From: Pachysolen tannophilus NRRL Y-2460
Taxonomy: Eukaryota
Length of the DNA stretch: 64,000 nucleotides
Direction: 5' to 3'
Assembly: GCA_001661245.1 (NCBI GenBank)
Contig: KV454015.1
Span: forward strand, 670,924-734,923
Below, piece by piece: positions 10,625 through 22,652 of the stretch. The notes beneath the pieces are model-generated. The model had not been told where the DNA came from. It searched no databases and saw only the letters and a program-made list of their open reading frames with translations. The translations under genes and the position numbers were made by a program. Each line of letters begins with the position of its first letter. Positions within the stretch are counted from its first letter, which is position 1.

Positions 10625-12877
10625 TTATTTCTTGTAATCTTCAGAGTAGCCTTTTATCCACTTTCTGGTTATATCATCTTTGAATTTACTACTTTGGTTC
10701 CATACCCCCATTGCCCAGAAATGAACTTGTTGAATCACTGGTGCGGTCTGAAAGGCCTTATAAGCTTTACTCTTTTTAATGCTTGAAAAGGGAAAAATGT
10801 TGTCATGATTCTTCAAATCAGAATAATCAGGAGGAAGTGTCCGCACAATCATATCGTTTGAAATCTCCTGTATTGAACGTCTCGGTGAATTTGAAATTTT
10901 TTCTCCTGATACTTCTTTGGATGAATTACTAGTATTCAAGTTTGCATCTTTTCCTCTTTCAATATTTTCAGAGAGTAAGGAAAGAGCATCGCGGTTATCA
11001 TTCTTAAAATCTTCCATGATTTCAAAACCAATTGAATAAGTAACATGTTCAGGATTTGAATTACCCTTTTCTAACTGTTCTTTCTCCTTCTCCCAAGGTC
11101 TCATTGACTTGTCAATTGGTGTCCATTTTCCTTCTAATCTCCAATTTGGAGAACCAGTCATTTCTTTAATTCTGCTGACAGCTCTCTTATATGCAAACAT
11201 CTCATCCTCCCCTGTGAATTGTTTTAAATTCTTGAAATTTGTTTGAAACTTACATGAACCAGGAATGTTTTCAAAATCGTTATTACCATCACTATATGAT
11301 GACACATTTGGTCTATATGGATTAGCTAAATCCATGGAAGTCTTTGAAAACATTTCCTCATTTTGAACTTCAATTCTATTATCAGAGTCTCCAATGTTAG
11401 AATCAGAATTGGTACTAACGCCACCATTATCCTTACGGGAAATCTCTGGGAAAAACAATTGATCTATATCAACATCTGATCTCATAATCAATTTGCATTT
11501 TGCCTCATACAAGGCATCCAACAAAGTGATAAATCTCCTTGCTTCATTTTTCATTTTTAAAGTCATAACTGGAACATTATCAAGAATAAAAGTATGATAG
11601 TTTGACAGTAATGATATATAATCACCAGGACCATAAAGACCTTGACAAATAGTTTGGAAGTCGTATTTAACGGTACCATTAGACAGCCAAGGGACATTTA
11701 AAATGTGGCCATAAACTTCCAAGTTTTCTGAGTTACCTTGGTTCATATCAGCAACAGAATTTAATAAATTCTCCCAATGAGTATCATGCTGAGAATCTAA
11801 TGATTTTACAATAATATAGGGTTCTATTTTCCCTTTTGCCTCCTCGGTTAATATACTTCTATAATCTTTATCTGCTGTCATATCATATGAATGACATTTA
11901 ATTTTCAAAACATCCAAGAAATTTTTAAATTTATTTTTACGGAAATCATTTGAATATAAATCTTCTGGTAATCTGTTTGATGTAGCTACTAGGACACCTC
12001 CTAATTTGAAAAAATAAGTGAATAAGATTTTAACAATATTTGCAGCAGCTAAATCAGGAAGCATAAATTCATCCAACAACAATATAGTATTTTTACTAAT
12101 CATCTTTTCTGCCACTTCAAACAATATAAATTCATTTTCCAAAGATAACAAGCTATGGTTTTCTTGATTTGACACCATTCTTCTTTTATAAATTTGATGA
12201 ATTTCATTATACACCCATAACATGAAATTATTATAATGCCATCTACATTTAGACTTATGTGGTAAAGAACTAGCAAATATATCCATCAAAAGTGATTTAC
12301 CAGATCCTACAGGTCCATTTATCAATAGTCCCTGAGGAGAGGGGAAATTCACCAATTCTTCTTCGTCAGTGAGAACTTTAACTAATTCAGTCCTTTTCAA
12401 ATCAGTATCGAACCATCTCGGTTTATATTTACCAAATTTTTTATCCATCAGATTCAATTTTTCATGCTTCTGTTCTATATCTCTTACAATCTTATTTATT
12501 CTTATCTTCAAGTCAGCAGGTGCAGAATAATCTCTTACTCTTAAATACAATTTTTGAAATTCAACAGCAGCTCTAAATTGCTCTTGATCCGGTTTCAATG
12601 TTCCATTAGCAACATAATTTTGATAAACTATCAACGGATCAGTTATAGTCAAACACATATGCTGAGAATCTATGGTCTCAGGTATTGGGAATCTATTATT
12701 GCAACCTTGAGGACCACTTCCTACAACGTTAGCCAATTGTCGTCTTTGATCACCAAGGCAAAGAAAAGTATTTTTACACAATACTGATCTATAACACCCA
12801 TACCGACGAGCAAGCCCATATTTCATAAAATGATTACCGGAAGCTTTTCTATAAACTCTATTCATCAACTGCTTCAT
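10625..12877 (-). CDS. AFG1/ZapE-family mitochondrial ATPase
   Basis: Walker A GPVGSGKS, Walker B LLLDEF, LVATSNRLPEDLY, EARRFITLLDALYE, FAYKRAVSRIKEM. Confidence 0.9.
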   Translation of the reverse strand: MKQLMNRVYRKASGNHFMKYGLARRYGCYRSVLCKNTFLCLGDQRRQLANVVGSGPQGCNNRFPIPETIDSQHMCLTITDPLIVYQNYVANGTLKPDQEQFRAAVEFQKLYLRVRDYSAPADLKIRINKIVRDIEQKHEKLNLMDKKFGKYKPRWFDTDLKRTELVKVLTDEEELVNFPSPQGLLINGPVGSGKSLLMDIFASSLPHKSKCRWHYNNFMLWVYNEIHQIYKRRMVSNQENHSLLSLENEFILFEVAEKMISKNTILLLDEFMLPDLAAANIVKILFTYFFKLGGVLVATSNRLPEDLYSNDFRKNKFKNFLDVLKIKCHSYDMTADKDYRSILTEEAKGKIEPYIIVKSLDSQHDTHWENLLNSVADMNQGNSENLEVYGHILNVPWLSNGTVKYDFQTICQGLYGPGDYISLLSNYHTFILDNVPVMTLKMKNEARRFITLLDALYEAKCKLIMRSDVDIDQLFFPEISRKDNGGVSTNSDSNIGDSDNRIEVQNEEMFSKTSMDLANPYRPNVSSYSDGNNDFENIPGSCKFQTNFKNLKQFTGEDEMFAYKRAVSRIKEMTGSPNWRLEGKWTPIDKSMRPWEKEKEQLEKGNSNPEHVTYSIGFEIMEDFKNDNRDALSLLSENIERGKDANLNTSNSSKEVSGEKISNSPRRSIQEISNDMIVRTLPPDYSDLKNHDNIFPFSSIKKSKAYKAFQTAPVIQQVHFWAMGVWNQSSKFKDDITRKWIKGYSEDYKK

Positions 12878-13418
12878 GACTACAGATTTGAAAATAATCC
12901 ATTCAACTCAAAAACCTTTTTGTGAATACAGATTTTAAATAATTACTATATAAACTTGTTGTCAATTCGAATAATTTTCGCGGCACGTCGATCTTTATCT
13001 AATCCATCTCATCAGCTGACATCCCACACCACTGCCGCTTAAACATCCCACACCATAGTTATTATTCTTAATTGTATTTTTTTTTTGGCTTGGCCTGAAA
13101 TAAAGAGATTGTGAAGGATTTACAACTGTGATAACAAAATGTAGCAGATCAGATTATGAAATGAAGTATACTTTTCTTAGCTCAATCTTTTAATGTCTTT
13201 CTATTTTACATTAATAAAGGCTGATATCAAAGTTAATAATAATAGAAAAAAAAAAAAAGAAAAACAATTAATTAAAACATATAGAGAGCTATTAATAATA
13301 TGAAAAGAATTTTAAAACGTAACGTATATGTAACAAACCTCTAAAGAGCTTCGTAATTTCTTTTGTCCTTTCCTCTAATCAAACGAGGTCTAAATCTGTG
13401 TACCTTCTACCTTAAACC

Positions 13419-13859
13419 TTATAATTGAATCCTTGAATTACGACGCATAGAAAAAATCTGACACCCACAGAACGCAAAAAAACACAGATATACAATAACA
13501 GCTTTCCATAAAGTTGAAGCAGCACTAACAACCAATAATTGGACACATTGTTAATATGAAATACTTTAATCAATTCTAAATAAAAAATAAACTTACGCTT
13601 TCCCATCAGATGGATCACTTGTCGATCCCATCATTGATTCATGTCCAATTGAAAATAAATGCGCAAGTACTGATAAAATAAGAACCCCAAAAGCCGAGAT
13701 TATTGTACAGAAATAAGCTTTTCCTGGCTATAATGTAGACAACAAATTAAACGCTGTTAGTAAGACTAATTCTTTAAATGATAAAATAGAACAGTAAAAA
13801 AAAAAAAAAAAAAAGGAAACATCAAAATCACATACTGTAGTAAAAACTGGGAGCTTCAT
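13419..13859 (-). CDS. V-ATPase V0 subunit f (RNASEK/YPR170W-B family); exons 13859-13836, 13727-13597, 13524-13419
   Basis: Manual splice gives MKLPVFTTPGKAYFCTIISAFGVLILSVLAHLFSIGHESMMGSTSDPSDGKAAASTLWKAVIVY(CTG)CFFAFCGCQIFSMRRNSRIQL*; donors GTATGT/GTAAGT, TAG acceptors; absent from the ORF track. Confidence 0.88.
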
Positions 13860-14230
13860 TGTGCAATATATTCTAGCAAGGGAAAATCTTGGTCAATTCC
13901 TACCTTACTCGTATTGATCGCCTTGCCTTTTGAAGTGCTGTTATAATTTATTATATTATATTATATTATATTACCTCTTAATAAATGCTCGAAAAGAGAC
14001 TCATGTTTTTGAGCCCTCAAATACTACCTTTATTTTAGGCATACGACGAAGAGTGTGTGTGTGTTAGGAAAAAAGAGGGTTGATCTGTTGTTGGAGCCAT
14101 ATCAGATTAGCTTAGATGATGAATGAGAGAAAGATTACTACAAGTAATTTGCTTGAAAAAATGAATTGTATGAAATTTCTGGTAGTTTTCCTTTTATTTT
14201 TAGTAAAAAGCATGCTATATATGTAAATAA

Positions 14231-15034
14231 TTATGTAGATGTACCACTTTCGGCAGTGTTATCATTATCATTGAGTTCTGAAGAAAAACCTGATGTGGTG
14301 AAATTTTTCCTGGTTACCAGTTGTTGGGATTTCTTTAATTCTTTTTTTCTAGATTCCAATAATTTCCAAAGTGATTTATATTTGAGTAAATGATCTACCA
14401 CCACATCACTATCTTCTTTCCAATTTTCATCTTTCATTGCAATTAAAGTGGATCTCTCATGTGACATTACTTCACGATTTGAAACAGGCTCGGGTATATT
14501 TTCCTTCAATAACGTGTCGCCATTTATTAAGTTTGAGAGTGGTCCCGTTATCTTGTAGTTTCTCATGTTCTGTAAACACATCACTGGATGATTTTCCAGT
14601 GAGGGTGTATCTTTATATTTAGATGAAAATGGATAAAGCGTCAGATCTATATTATCACTAAGTCTTAATTTCAGTCCCTTATTATTATTATGATTATTAT
14701 TATTTACCACTGGATTTTCACCTTTGATGTTTGTCCTATGATTATCTGTTTCAAATTTACCGAATTTAGCACTGGAATGATGATTTCTATCACCAAGACC
14801 GTTTGATGTTCCTCCACTAGTTTCAAATGAATGTGATCTTTTCCGAAGTCTTGAATTAATATTTAAATGATTACTATTATTTCTAAACCTTTCAGAGTTA
14901 TAATGCAAAATGACATTATAACTTTGGCCGTCAAAATCTCCTTTTTCCAGTATAGTCTTTGGAGATGCAGGAAAAGTAAGAGAATGTCCACCGGTAACAT
15001 TAGTTGAATGAGATGATCTTCTTGATTTCCTCAT
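14231..15034 (-). CDS. Hypothetical protein, largely disordered with a C-terminal helix
   Basis: 267-codon ATG ORF in AT-rich DNA; no family recognised. Confidence 0.65.
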   Translation of the reverse strand: MRKSRRSSHSTNVTGGHSLTFPASPKTILEKGDFDGQSYNVILHYNSERFRNNSNHLNINSRLRKRSHSFETSGGTSNGLGDRNHHSSAKFGKFETDNHRTNIKGENPVVNNNNHNNNKGLKLRLSDNIDLTLYPFSSKYKDTPSLENHPVMCLQNMRNYKITGPLSNLINGDTLLKENIPEPVSNREVMSHERSTLIAMKDENWKEDSDVVVDHLLKYKSLWKLLESRKKELKKSQQLVTRKNFTTSGFSSELNDNDNTAESGTST

Positions 15035-15481
15035 GGCTATGATAGCAAATTGTATTATAGATTGAGCAAGAAAATTTGAAAAAGAACAATAATAATAATA
15101 TTAGTTAAAAAAAAAAAATAATAAAAGAAAAAGAAAAAATTACAACTCCAAAGCTACTGTAGTTTTCTTAAAAGTTTATTATATTTAATACTATATAAGT
15201 ACTATTTTCAATAATAGTACCATACTTTCCATCGGTTAAAGCATAGTAGATGAGGTTTCCCTTTCTGTACAAGTGGGCGGAATTTTGCAGGCAGTTTTTC
15301 CCTTACGTTCGCCCAAGTTCTTCCGCTTAAACACTCTGCCCAAAACTACAAGTGAAAAGCGAGAAAACAAAAGGGAGAAAAAATAAAAGCGGAAATACTC
15401 GCGCAATATGCATAACTTAATTTTCAATTTGGTTTAAAATACCAATCTACATATGTGTATATATAATGGATAACTAACTGT

Positions 15482-16947
15482 CTAAAGATCATCAAATTTT
15501 CTAATACCATGTTCATGGAGTTGGGAATTTTTGAATTGTTTAGGGTTTATTTTTGGTTTCTTTTGCTTGGGTTTAGGGGTTGGTTCTTCTTCTTCAGAAT
15601 CCACGACTGTAGGGCCTCTTTTGGAATTTGACTCAGGTTCAGATTCCAGATCAGAAACCTCAGAATCCTCAGACTCACTTGCACTTTCACTTTCACTTCC
15701 ATTTTCACTGTCACTTCCACTGTCACTTTTGTCATCTTCTGAAACTTCATTTACCTCCTCTTCATCAGAAGACCAATCACTCTCATTTTCATTTTCATCT
15801 TCATCTTCATCTTGTTCACGATTACTCCAAATTTTCAAGTTTTCCATTCCAGCAGAAATTAGCCTATAATCATAATCTAAATCTAAAAATCCAATTTCAT
15901 CGTTTAAATTGTGCATTCTAGTCTCGATGACTGCACCACGCTTCGTATCCACTTTTCTCACTATTCCATCAGAACTTCCTGTCCATATACAATCACTAGC
16001 ATCGTCATCTAAAGTAGATATTACAGCGTCTACTGAATTATCACGGCTTATTTTGATTCTTGAAATCTGATCGACAAATTTGTTTTTTTCGGTTTCCAAA
16101 TTGTAACAACACCTTCACCCATTCCAACTACAGCTGTTTCACAATTTGTAGGATCTACAAAAGAAACAGATAATAATTCATCCTCTTGGTTTTCAGATGT
16201 TGTTATTATTCCTTTTCTAATATCAAAATGAGCCAATGTGGTAGAACCAACAGATACAAATTGATAATCACTTACACCATACATTGACGCTATAGAATTA
16301 ACAGAATCACCATGAACTTTATCAAGTTTATACAATTGCTTTAAAGTTCTTGTATCAAAGACATGAATATCACCGGTTTCAGTACCTGCAACTAAAAAAG
16401 GTTTGTTTGGTACTGTTATCATTTTGGTAATATTTGAATTTATGTCTAAATTACCTGTTTTCATCACTACTTTACCTGTCTCTGAATTGGCCTTTTTAAT
16501 GACTTTATCTGTGCCCAGGGTATACAAATTCTCACCAGTTGAGTCAAATATCACAGATCTAACACTTCCCTTGTGCCTTTTAGTTTTCCAACAAATCTTA
16601 AAAGTTGTATCCGTATCATTATCATTTTGACTTTGAGGATTGAACACTTTAAAACGAAGAGGAGTCTTATCACTATCCTTCAGCAGCACTTTCTTCAGCA
16701 GCAGTTCCTTCAACAACAATTTCTCCTTCTCTCTTTGAGCAGATGAATAATCTTCTAAAGCCTTATCATCATAACTTTGCATATAGACATATCCAGTAGC
16801 TAATCCAGAAGCCAATAAAGGTTTTGTAGGATGAGCTGCAAAGGCAAATAACGGGTCATCATATGTCAATTCCAAAATCGGCCGTGTTTGCGACTCTAAC
16901 ATAGCAGCTGCATTTTGCGAATTGCTTCTCTTACCCTTTTTACCCAT
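15482..16947 (-). CDS. JIP5: WD40 ribosome biogenesis protein Jip5; apparent frameshift at A7 run (16083-16089)
   Basis: MGKKGK start, WKTKRHKGSVR, SENQEDELLS, acidic tail ending HGIRKFDDL; one extra A restores WKPKKNKFVDQISRIK. Confidence 0.85.
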
Positions 16948-16980
16948 ACTAAATTCAATATCAATAAAAAAAAAGATTGT

Positions 16981-17062
16981 AAAAAAATTTGAAAAAAAAA
17001 AAAAAAAAATTTTTTTTTTATTAAGTGAAAAAAAATTAAAAAAATAATTTTAAGAGATGACA
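16981..17062. promoter_or_regulatory. RRPE-like and near-PAC elements upstream of JIP5
   Basis: AAAAATTTT/TGAAAAAAAATT tracts and GAGATGAC upstream of a ribosome-biogenesis gene; AT-rich context weakens the call. Confidence 0.35.
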
Positions 17063-17227
17063 TTTCCTTATAATTAAAAAATTTGGGTAAAATCTAAACG
17101 ACCCAAGTTGGGGGAACAAGTCATATTAAATTACAAGAACCATTTGAATCATTAATCATTAATCATAATAAACGTTGAATATTGAATATATAATAATATG
17201 CCTGTAGTTCCTTTTTCAACTTCTTTC

Positions 17228-17764
17228 TCAGTTTGTTCTTTTAATGATATCTTGAACTTCATCTTTTAACTCTGGAAATTCAGATATTATTTGATCTCCT
17301 AAAGTATCTCTTAATCTTGTGAAAGCTAAAGTTTTCCCTTTTAAATATTGATTTGATTTTCTAACGCTTTCAACAAATTCTCTTGTATATACATCTGGGT
17401 TTCTCCCATCTTCAATATATTGCAACACATCTAATGGGATTGGTACTTTATCTAATGATTCTTCCGGTTTATCAATTACTTGAAGTTGTGTTATAAGTTT
17501 ACTCCTAATTAAAATAAAATATATAAAAAAAAAAACCCCTCCACACGTTAGTAATTGGACAATAAATATTCATCAAGAACAAAAGATAATTAATAATTAA
17601 TTATTCACTTACATCAAACTTGTTAATCCAATTTTTGCATCTTCTGTTCCTTGGAAATCATGAACTAATACACCTAAATGCAATAAAGTTTCAATGATTA
17701 TTGCAAGTTGATTCTGAGTTTTAGCCAACGGATTAGAAGGATCAATAGGCGTATCTGTAGTCAT
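17228..17764 (-). CDS. NUT2: Mediator subunit Med10; exons 17764-17613, 17504-17228
   Basis: IIETLLHLGVLVHDFQG | IPLDVLQYIEDGRNPDVYTREFVE; GTAAGT donor, TACTAAC 17553-17547, TAG acceptor. Confidence 0.92.
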
Positions 17765-18342
17765 CTCAAATAGAATTTTCTATATAAAAAGAAACCGATT
17801 AGATTGATTAAATTTAAATTAAATTAAATCTCAAATCTTTTGGTTTTATCAAATATTATTACTATTATTATTTATATACAACGGTTTTAACCAATAGAGA
17901 ATTACAGTACACTACTCTTGATTTCTTACAAGATTTTAATAAAGAATTTGATTATAATTAAGTTAATAAATAATATTGATTCAAATGATTTATCAAACCA
18001 TAGATCCTATAACAACAAGTATTGACAAATAGATTACAAAAGAACAATAACAAAATCATTTCAGTAGTAATAATAAAAAAAAATTTTTTTATTTTCTTTA
18101 TTGTTACTTGATCAAAAATAGCTTGTTGCGATAACGGTGTTTTTCCCGTTTTTTTCAAGAAAAATTCACTAATTTTTCATCAAATTTACGAAGAAGAAGA
18201 AAAATAGAAAAATATAAAAAAAAAAATTTTTTTTTTTTTTTACTTTTTATAGGGTATTTGTAATACAAATTATTAATCGTTAATTGGATTCAAAAGTGTT
18301 ATTTTTTTTTATTTATTGCTTGTTTATAAAGTTGAATAGGAT

Positions 18343-19146
18343 ATGCCAGAAATTATCCAAGAAGAAGATTTGAGTTTGGATGTTATAATAACACCTAGTC
18401 AGTTAGATCATTTAAATAAGACTTTATCGAATTTAACACCTCAAGAAATTATAAGATGGTCGATTATTACGTTTCCTAATTTATATCAAACAACTGCATT
18501 TGGTCTTACTGGATTAGCTATTTTAGATATGATAAGTAAATTAGAACCTATTGAAGGTTTAAAAATACATCCAGTTGATTTAATATTTATAGATACATTA
18601 CATCATTTTCCTCAAACTTTAGAATTAGTTGATAAAGTTAAATTAAAATATTCAAATTGTAAATTACATATTTTTAAACCTATTGATTGTGAAACTGAAA
18701 AAGATTTTAGTTTAAAATATGGAGAATTTTTATGGGAAAAGGAAGATGATAAATATGATTATTTAGTTAAAGTTGAACCTGCACTGAGAGCTTATAAAAA
18801 TTTAAAAGTATCTGCTGTATTTACTGGAAGAAGAAGATCTCAAGGAGGTGCAAGAAATTCTTTACCAATTATTGAATTAGAATCTACTACAAATATAATC
18901 AAGATAAACCCTTTAGCATCATGGGACTTCAGGCAAGTTCATGATTATATTAAAATAAATAATGTTCCATATAATGAATTATTAGATTATGGTTATAGAT
19001 CTGTTGGTGATTATCATTCAACTCAACCAGTTCAAGATGGTGAAGATGAAAGATCTGGTCGTTGGAAAGGTAAAATTAAAACAGAATGTGGAATTCATGA
19101 AACAAGTAGATTTGCTAATTTCTTGAATCAACAAAACAAAATATAA
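18343..19146 (+). CDS. MET16: PAPS reductase
   Basis: QTTAFGLTG, FIDTLHHFPQT, TGRRRSQG, GYRSVGDYHST, ERSGRW, KTECGIH. Confidence 0.96.
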   Translation: MPEIIQEEDLSLDVIITPSQLDHLNKTLSNLTPQEIIRWSIITFPNLYQTTAFGLTGLAILDMISKLEPIEGLKIHPVDLIFIDTLHHFPQTLELVDKVKLKYSNCKLHIFKPIDCETEKDFSLKYGEFLWEKEDDKYDYLVKVEPALRAYKNLKVSAVFTGRRRSQGGARNSLPIIELESTTNIIKINPLASWDFRQVHDYIKINNVPYNELLDYGYRSVGDYHSTQPVQDGEDERSGRWKGKIKTECGIHETSRFANFLNQQNKI

Positions 19147-19597
19147 TGTCATCATTTAATTATTTATTATATATATATATATGTCTTTTCAAGTATTTAT
19201 TATGGGTATTAATGGTTAAGAACCACTTTCCACTTTCCACTTTCCACTTCCTTTTTTTGTACTTTTATCCCGTAAAAAAAAGTAAAAATTTCCTCTAAAC
19301 AATAATAATTAAAAAAAAGGAGGTGTTTAATACTATATATATTTTTTAAACTACTTTCTTTAAAAAGAGAAAAAAAGCTTTATATCTAAATAACGCTAAT
19401 TTATAATTTATAATAATAATAATAATAATAATCTATTTTTATTAATACATCATTACTTTTCTTTTTTATATATATTCATATATATATAATATATATATAT
19501 ATATATGTATATATATTGATTGATTGATTGATTGTGACTATTAAGTATCTATATTTTAGTGAAAGATTAGAAAGATATAAGATATATTCAAATTAAG

Positions 19598-20327
19598 GTA
19601 TGTTTGATAATTTTAATTTTTTTTTTTTTTGATGTTTGTTGTTATCTCTCGTTGAATCGGAATCAGCCTTTTTTTTTAAGAGATCTCTGGGAATAAATTA
19701 AAAATAAACAAAAAAAAAATTTTTTAGTTCCTAGTTATTATAATCCGGGTTTTAATTAAAAGAAAATCAATCAATCTAATATTATTTTGTAAGGGCGCTT
19801 AATTGTTATAATTATATGATATTATATATATATATATATATATTATTTATTCCAATTATCCCAGTATAAAAATTGTTTTTTTTGGTAGATTTTCGGATTT
19901 TCCCCGTTTTCATTACTCCGTAAAGGTGAGCAAAAAATTTAAAAAAATTTAAAAAAAATTAAAAAAAATTAAAAAAAATTAAAAAAAAAAGGTGTGTGTA
20001 CTAAAATATAAGTGGTGTCACACGTCAACAAAATCAATTTTTTTTTTTTTTAAATTTAATTTTAATTTTTTTTTAATACAAAAAATTTTTAATATTGATA
20101 AACAATCCAATATAATTTGAATTTAATCTTCAAGTTAAATAGGAGTAGGAATTTTTAATAGAAAAAAGGAATAATTATTTATTTATTTTAATTTTTTTTT
20201 TTTTTTTTTTATAATTTTCTAAAAAAAAATTTCCGATTCAAAAGAGCAACGAACAATTAGTTGATTGATTTTTATAAAATCTTACTAACTCTTTATTTTT
20301 TATTTTTATTTTTATTTATTTGAATAG
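19598..20327 (+). other. Probable 730-nt 5'UTR intron of RHO1
   Basis: GTATGT 19598, TACTAAC 20283-20289, T-rich tract, TAG 20325-20327, ATG 20341. Confidence 0.65.
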
Positions 20328-20340
20328 ATAATAATATAAC

Positions 20341-20937
20341 ATGGTTCCTCCTCCTGCTGAAATTAGAAGAAAGTTGGTTATTGTTGGTGATGGTGCTTGT
20401 GGTAAGACATGTTTGTTGATTGTATTTTCAAAAGGTACATTTCCAGAAGTTTATGTTCCAACAGTTTTTGAAAATTATGTTGCAGATGTTGAAGTTGATG
20501 GTAGAAGGGTTGAATTGGCATTATGGGATACTGCTGGCCAAGAAGATTATGATAGATTGAGACCATTATCATATCCAGATTCAAATGTCATTTTGATTTG
20601 TTATTCTATTGATTTACCAGATTCTTTGGATAATGTTCAAGAAAAATGGATTTCCGAAGTTTTACATTTTTGTCAAGGTGTTCCAATCATTTTAGTTGGT
20701 TGTAAAGTTGATTTAAGAAATGACCCAAAGACTATTGAAGAATTAAGAGCTATTTCCCAGCAACCTGTTTCTGCATCAGAAGGTCAAGCTGTTGCTGATA
20801 AAATCGGTGCTTTAAAATATTTGGAATGTTCAGCAAAGACAGGTGAAGGTGTTAGAGAAGTTTTCGAAAATGCTACTAGAGCAAGTTTAATGGCAAAGGA
20901 AAAGAAAGAAAAGAAAAAGAAGTGTGTTGTTTTATAA
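20341..20937 (+). CDS. RHO1: Rho GTPase Rho1
   Basis: [35 protein letters not shown], polybasic tail plus CAAX CVVL. Confidence 0.97.
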   Translation: MVPPPAEIRRKLVIVGDGACGKTCLLIVFSKGTFPEVYVPTVFENYVADVEVDGRRVELALWDTAGQEDYDRLRPLSYPDSNVILICYSIDLPDSLDNVQEKWISEVLHFCQGVPIILVGCKVDLRNDPKTIEELRAISQQPVSASEGQAVADKIGALKYLECSAKTGEGVREVFENATRASLMAKEKKEKKKKCVVL

Positions 20938-20980
20938 TGAAATCAATAAAGTGAAAAAAAAAAGCAAAAGCAAAAGCAAA

Positions 20981-21023
<43 letters not shown>

Positions 21024-21137
21024 AAAAGGAGGAAAGAAAGAAAGAAAGAGACTATACTACATACTACAATTTATTAGTTTGTAAAATTGGTTGGTTTTCA
21101 TCATTTTCTGTTATTGTGTGTTTTTTTTTTTTTTTTT

Positions 21138-21619
21138 NNNNNNNNNNNNNNNNNNNNNNNNNNNNNNNNNNNNNNNNNNNNNNNNNNNNNNNNNNNNNNN
21201 NNNNNNNNNNNNNNNNNNNNNNNNNNNNNNNNNNNNNNNNNNNNNNNNNNNNNNNNNNNNNNNNNNNNNNNNNNNNNNNNNNNNNNNNNNNNNNNNNNNN
21301 NNNNNNNNNNNNNNNNNNNNNNNNNNNNNNNNNNNNNNNNNNNNNNNNNNNNNNNNNNNNNNNNNNNNNNNNNNNNNNNNNNNNNNNNNNNNNNNNNNNN
21401 NNNNNNNNNNNNNNNNNNNNNNNNNNNNNNNNNNNNNNNNNNNNNNNNNNNNNNNNNNNNNNNNNNNNNNNNNNNNNNNNNNNNNNNNNNNNNNNNNNNN
21501 NNNNNNNNNNNNNNNNNNNNNNNNNNNNNNNNNNNNNNNNNNNNNNNNNNNNNNNNNNNNNNNNNNNNNNNNNNNNNNNNNNNNNNNNNNNNNNNNNNNN
21601 NNNNNNNNNNNNNNNNNNN
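21138..21619. other. Assembly gap (N run)
   Basis: Run of n, preceded by poly(T). Confidence 0.99.
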
Positions 21620-22195
21620 ATGCCGTTTTATTTAGTTTTTTTTTATTTTATTTTTATTTTCTTTCTTTTTGTTTTTTTTCTTACCTTGCCTTGCCTTTTT
21701 TGCCTTGTTTATTCAGCTTTTCAAATCTTCATTTTTATACGTAATTAATACTTTTGGATTTATATATATCTTTTTTTTTTTTTTTTTTTTTTTTTATTAC
21801 TATTATTATTATTATTATTCGAAAAGAAGCTAAGGAAAAAACAAAAAAAAAAAAAAATTAAATAAAGAATTTATTACAATTGAGTGGTTTTAATATATAA
21901 AGAGGTCTAGATCTTATAATGAGACGTTTCTCATACTTAGATTTTTAAATTAAGTGTAGAAAGTTGTTGATGTTTTTCAATAGTGTTTGCTCCGACCAAT
22001 TTTTTTTAATTTTTTTTAATTTTTTTTTTTTTTTGTAGCTTCGCCTGGAAATAAGCCAATCTACACATTTACGTAACATAACATAATATAACATAAGTAA
22101 GTCGGTTTTTATTCCCAAATAATCTAGAATTTAATTAATAATAATAAAATAAATTAACAATATTAACAATATTAACAATATTAAATAATAAAAGA

Positions 22196-22588
22196 ATGTC
22201 TTTAGTGATAGATTTAGTTGAAATATCAGATTTAACTACAAGACCACAAGTTTTCAAAAATCCTAATTGGAGATCTCCTACAAGAAGACATAAACCTTTA
22301 AAAAATTTATTATCAGATGAACAGAAAAGAATTAATTTACTAAATCAAGATCCAGATAAAAAACTGAATTTCCCCAATAATGTTAATTATTTTTCAATTC
22401 AACTGCCACCTTCATTAAAACCTGGTAAAAATTATTGTGATATTACAGGATTACCAAGCAATTATAAAGCACCTTCTAGTGGATTAAAATTTTATAATTT
22501 AGAAGTTTATGAAATTGTTAAAAATATGACTGCTGGTATAGATCAGCAATATTTAGCATTAAGAAATGCAAATGTGGTGCTACGTTAA
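22196..22588 (+). CDS. IES6: INO80 complex subunit Ies6 (YL1_C domain)
   Basis: FKNPNW, YFSIQ(CTG)PPSLKP, YCDITGL, DQQYLALRNANVVLR. Confidence 0.93.
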   Translation: MSLVIDLVEISDLTTRPQVFKNPNWRSPTRRHKPLKNLLSDEQKRINLLNQDPDKKLNFPNNVNYFSIQLPPSLKPGKNYCDITGLPSNYKAPSSGLKFYNLEVYEIVKNMTAGIDQQYLALRNANVVLR

Positions 22589-22652
22589 AAGTTTATTAAT
22601 TTACATATATATATATATATAAATATATTAATACCTAATTGAAATGTTTTAT

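Noticed and set aside
21087..21748. Three long ORFs in the track
   Set aside because: Artefacts of translating through the N gap.
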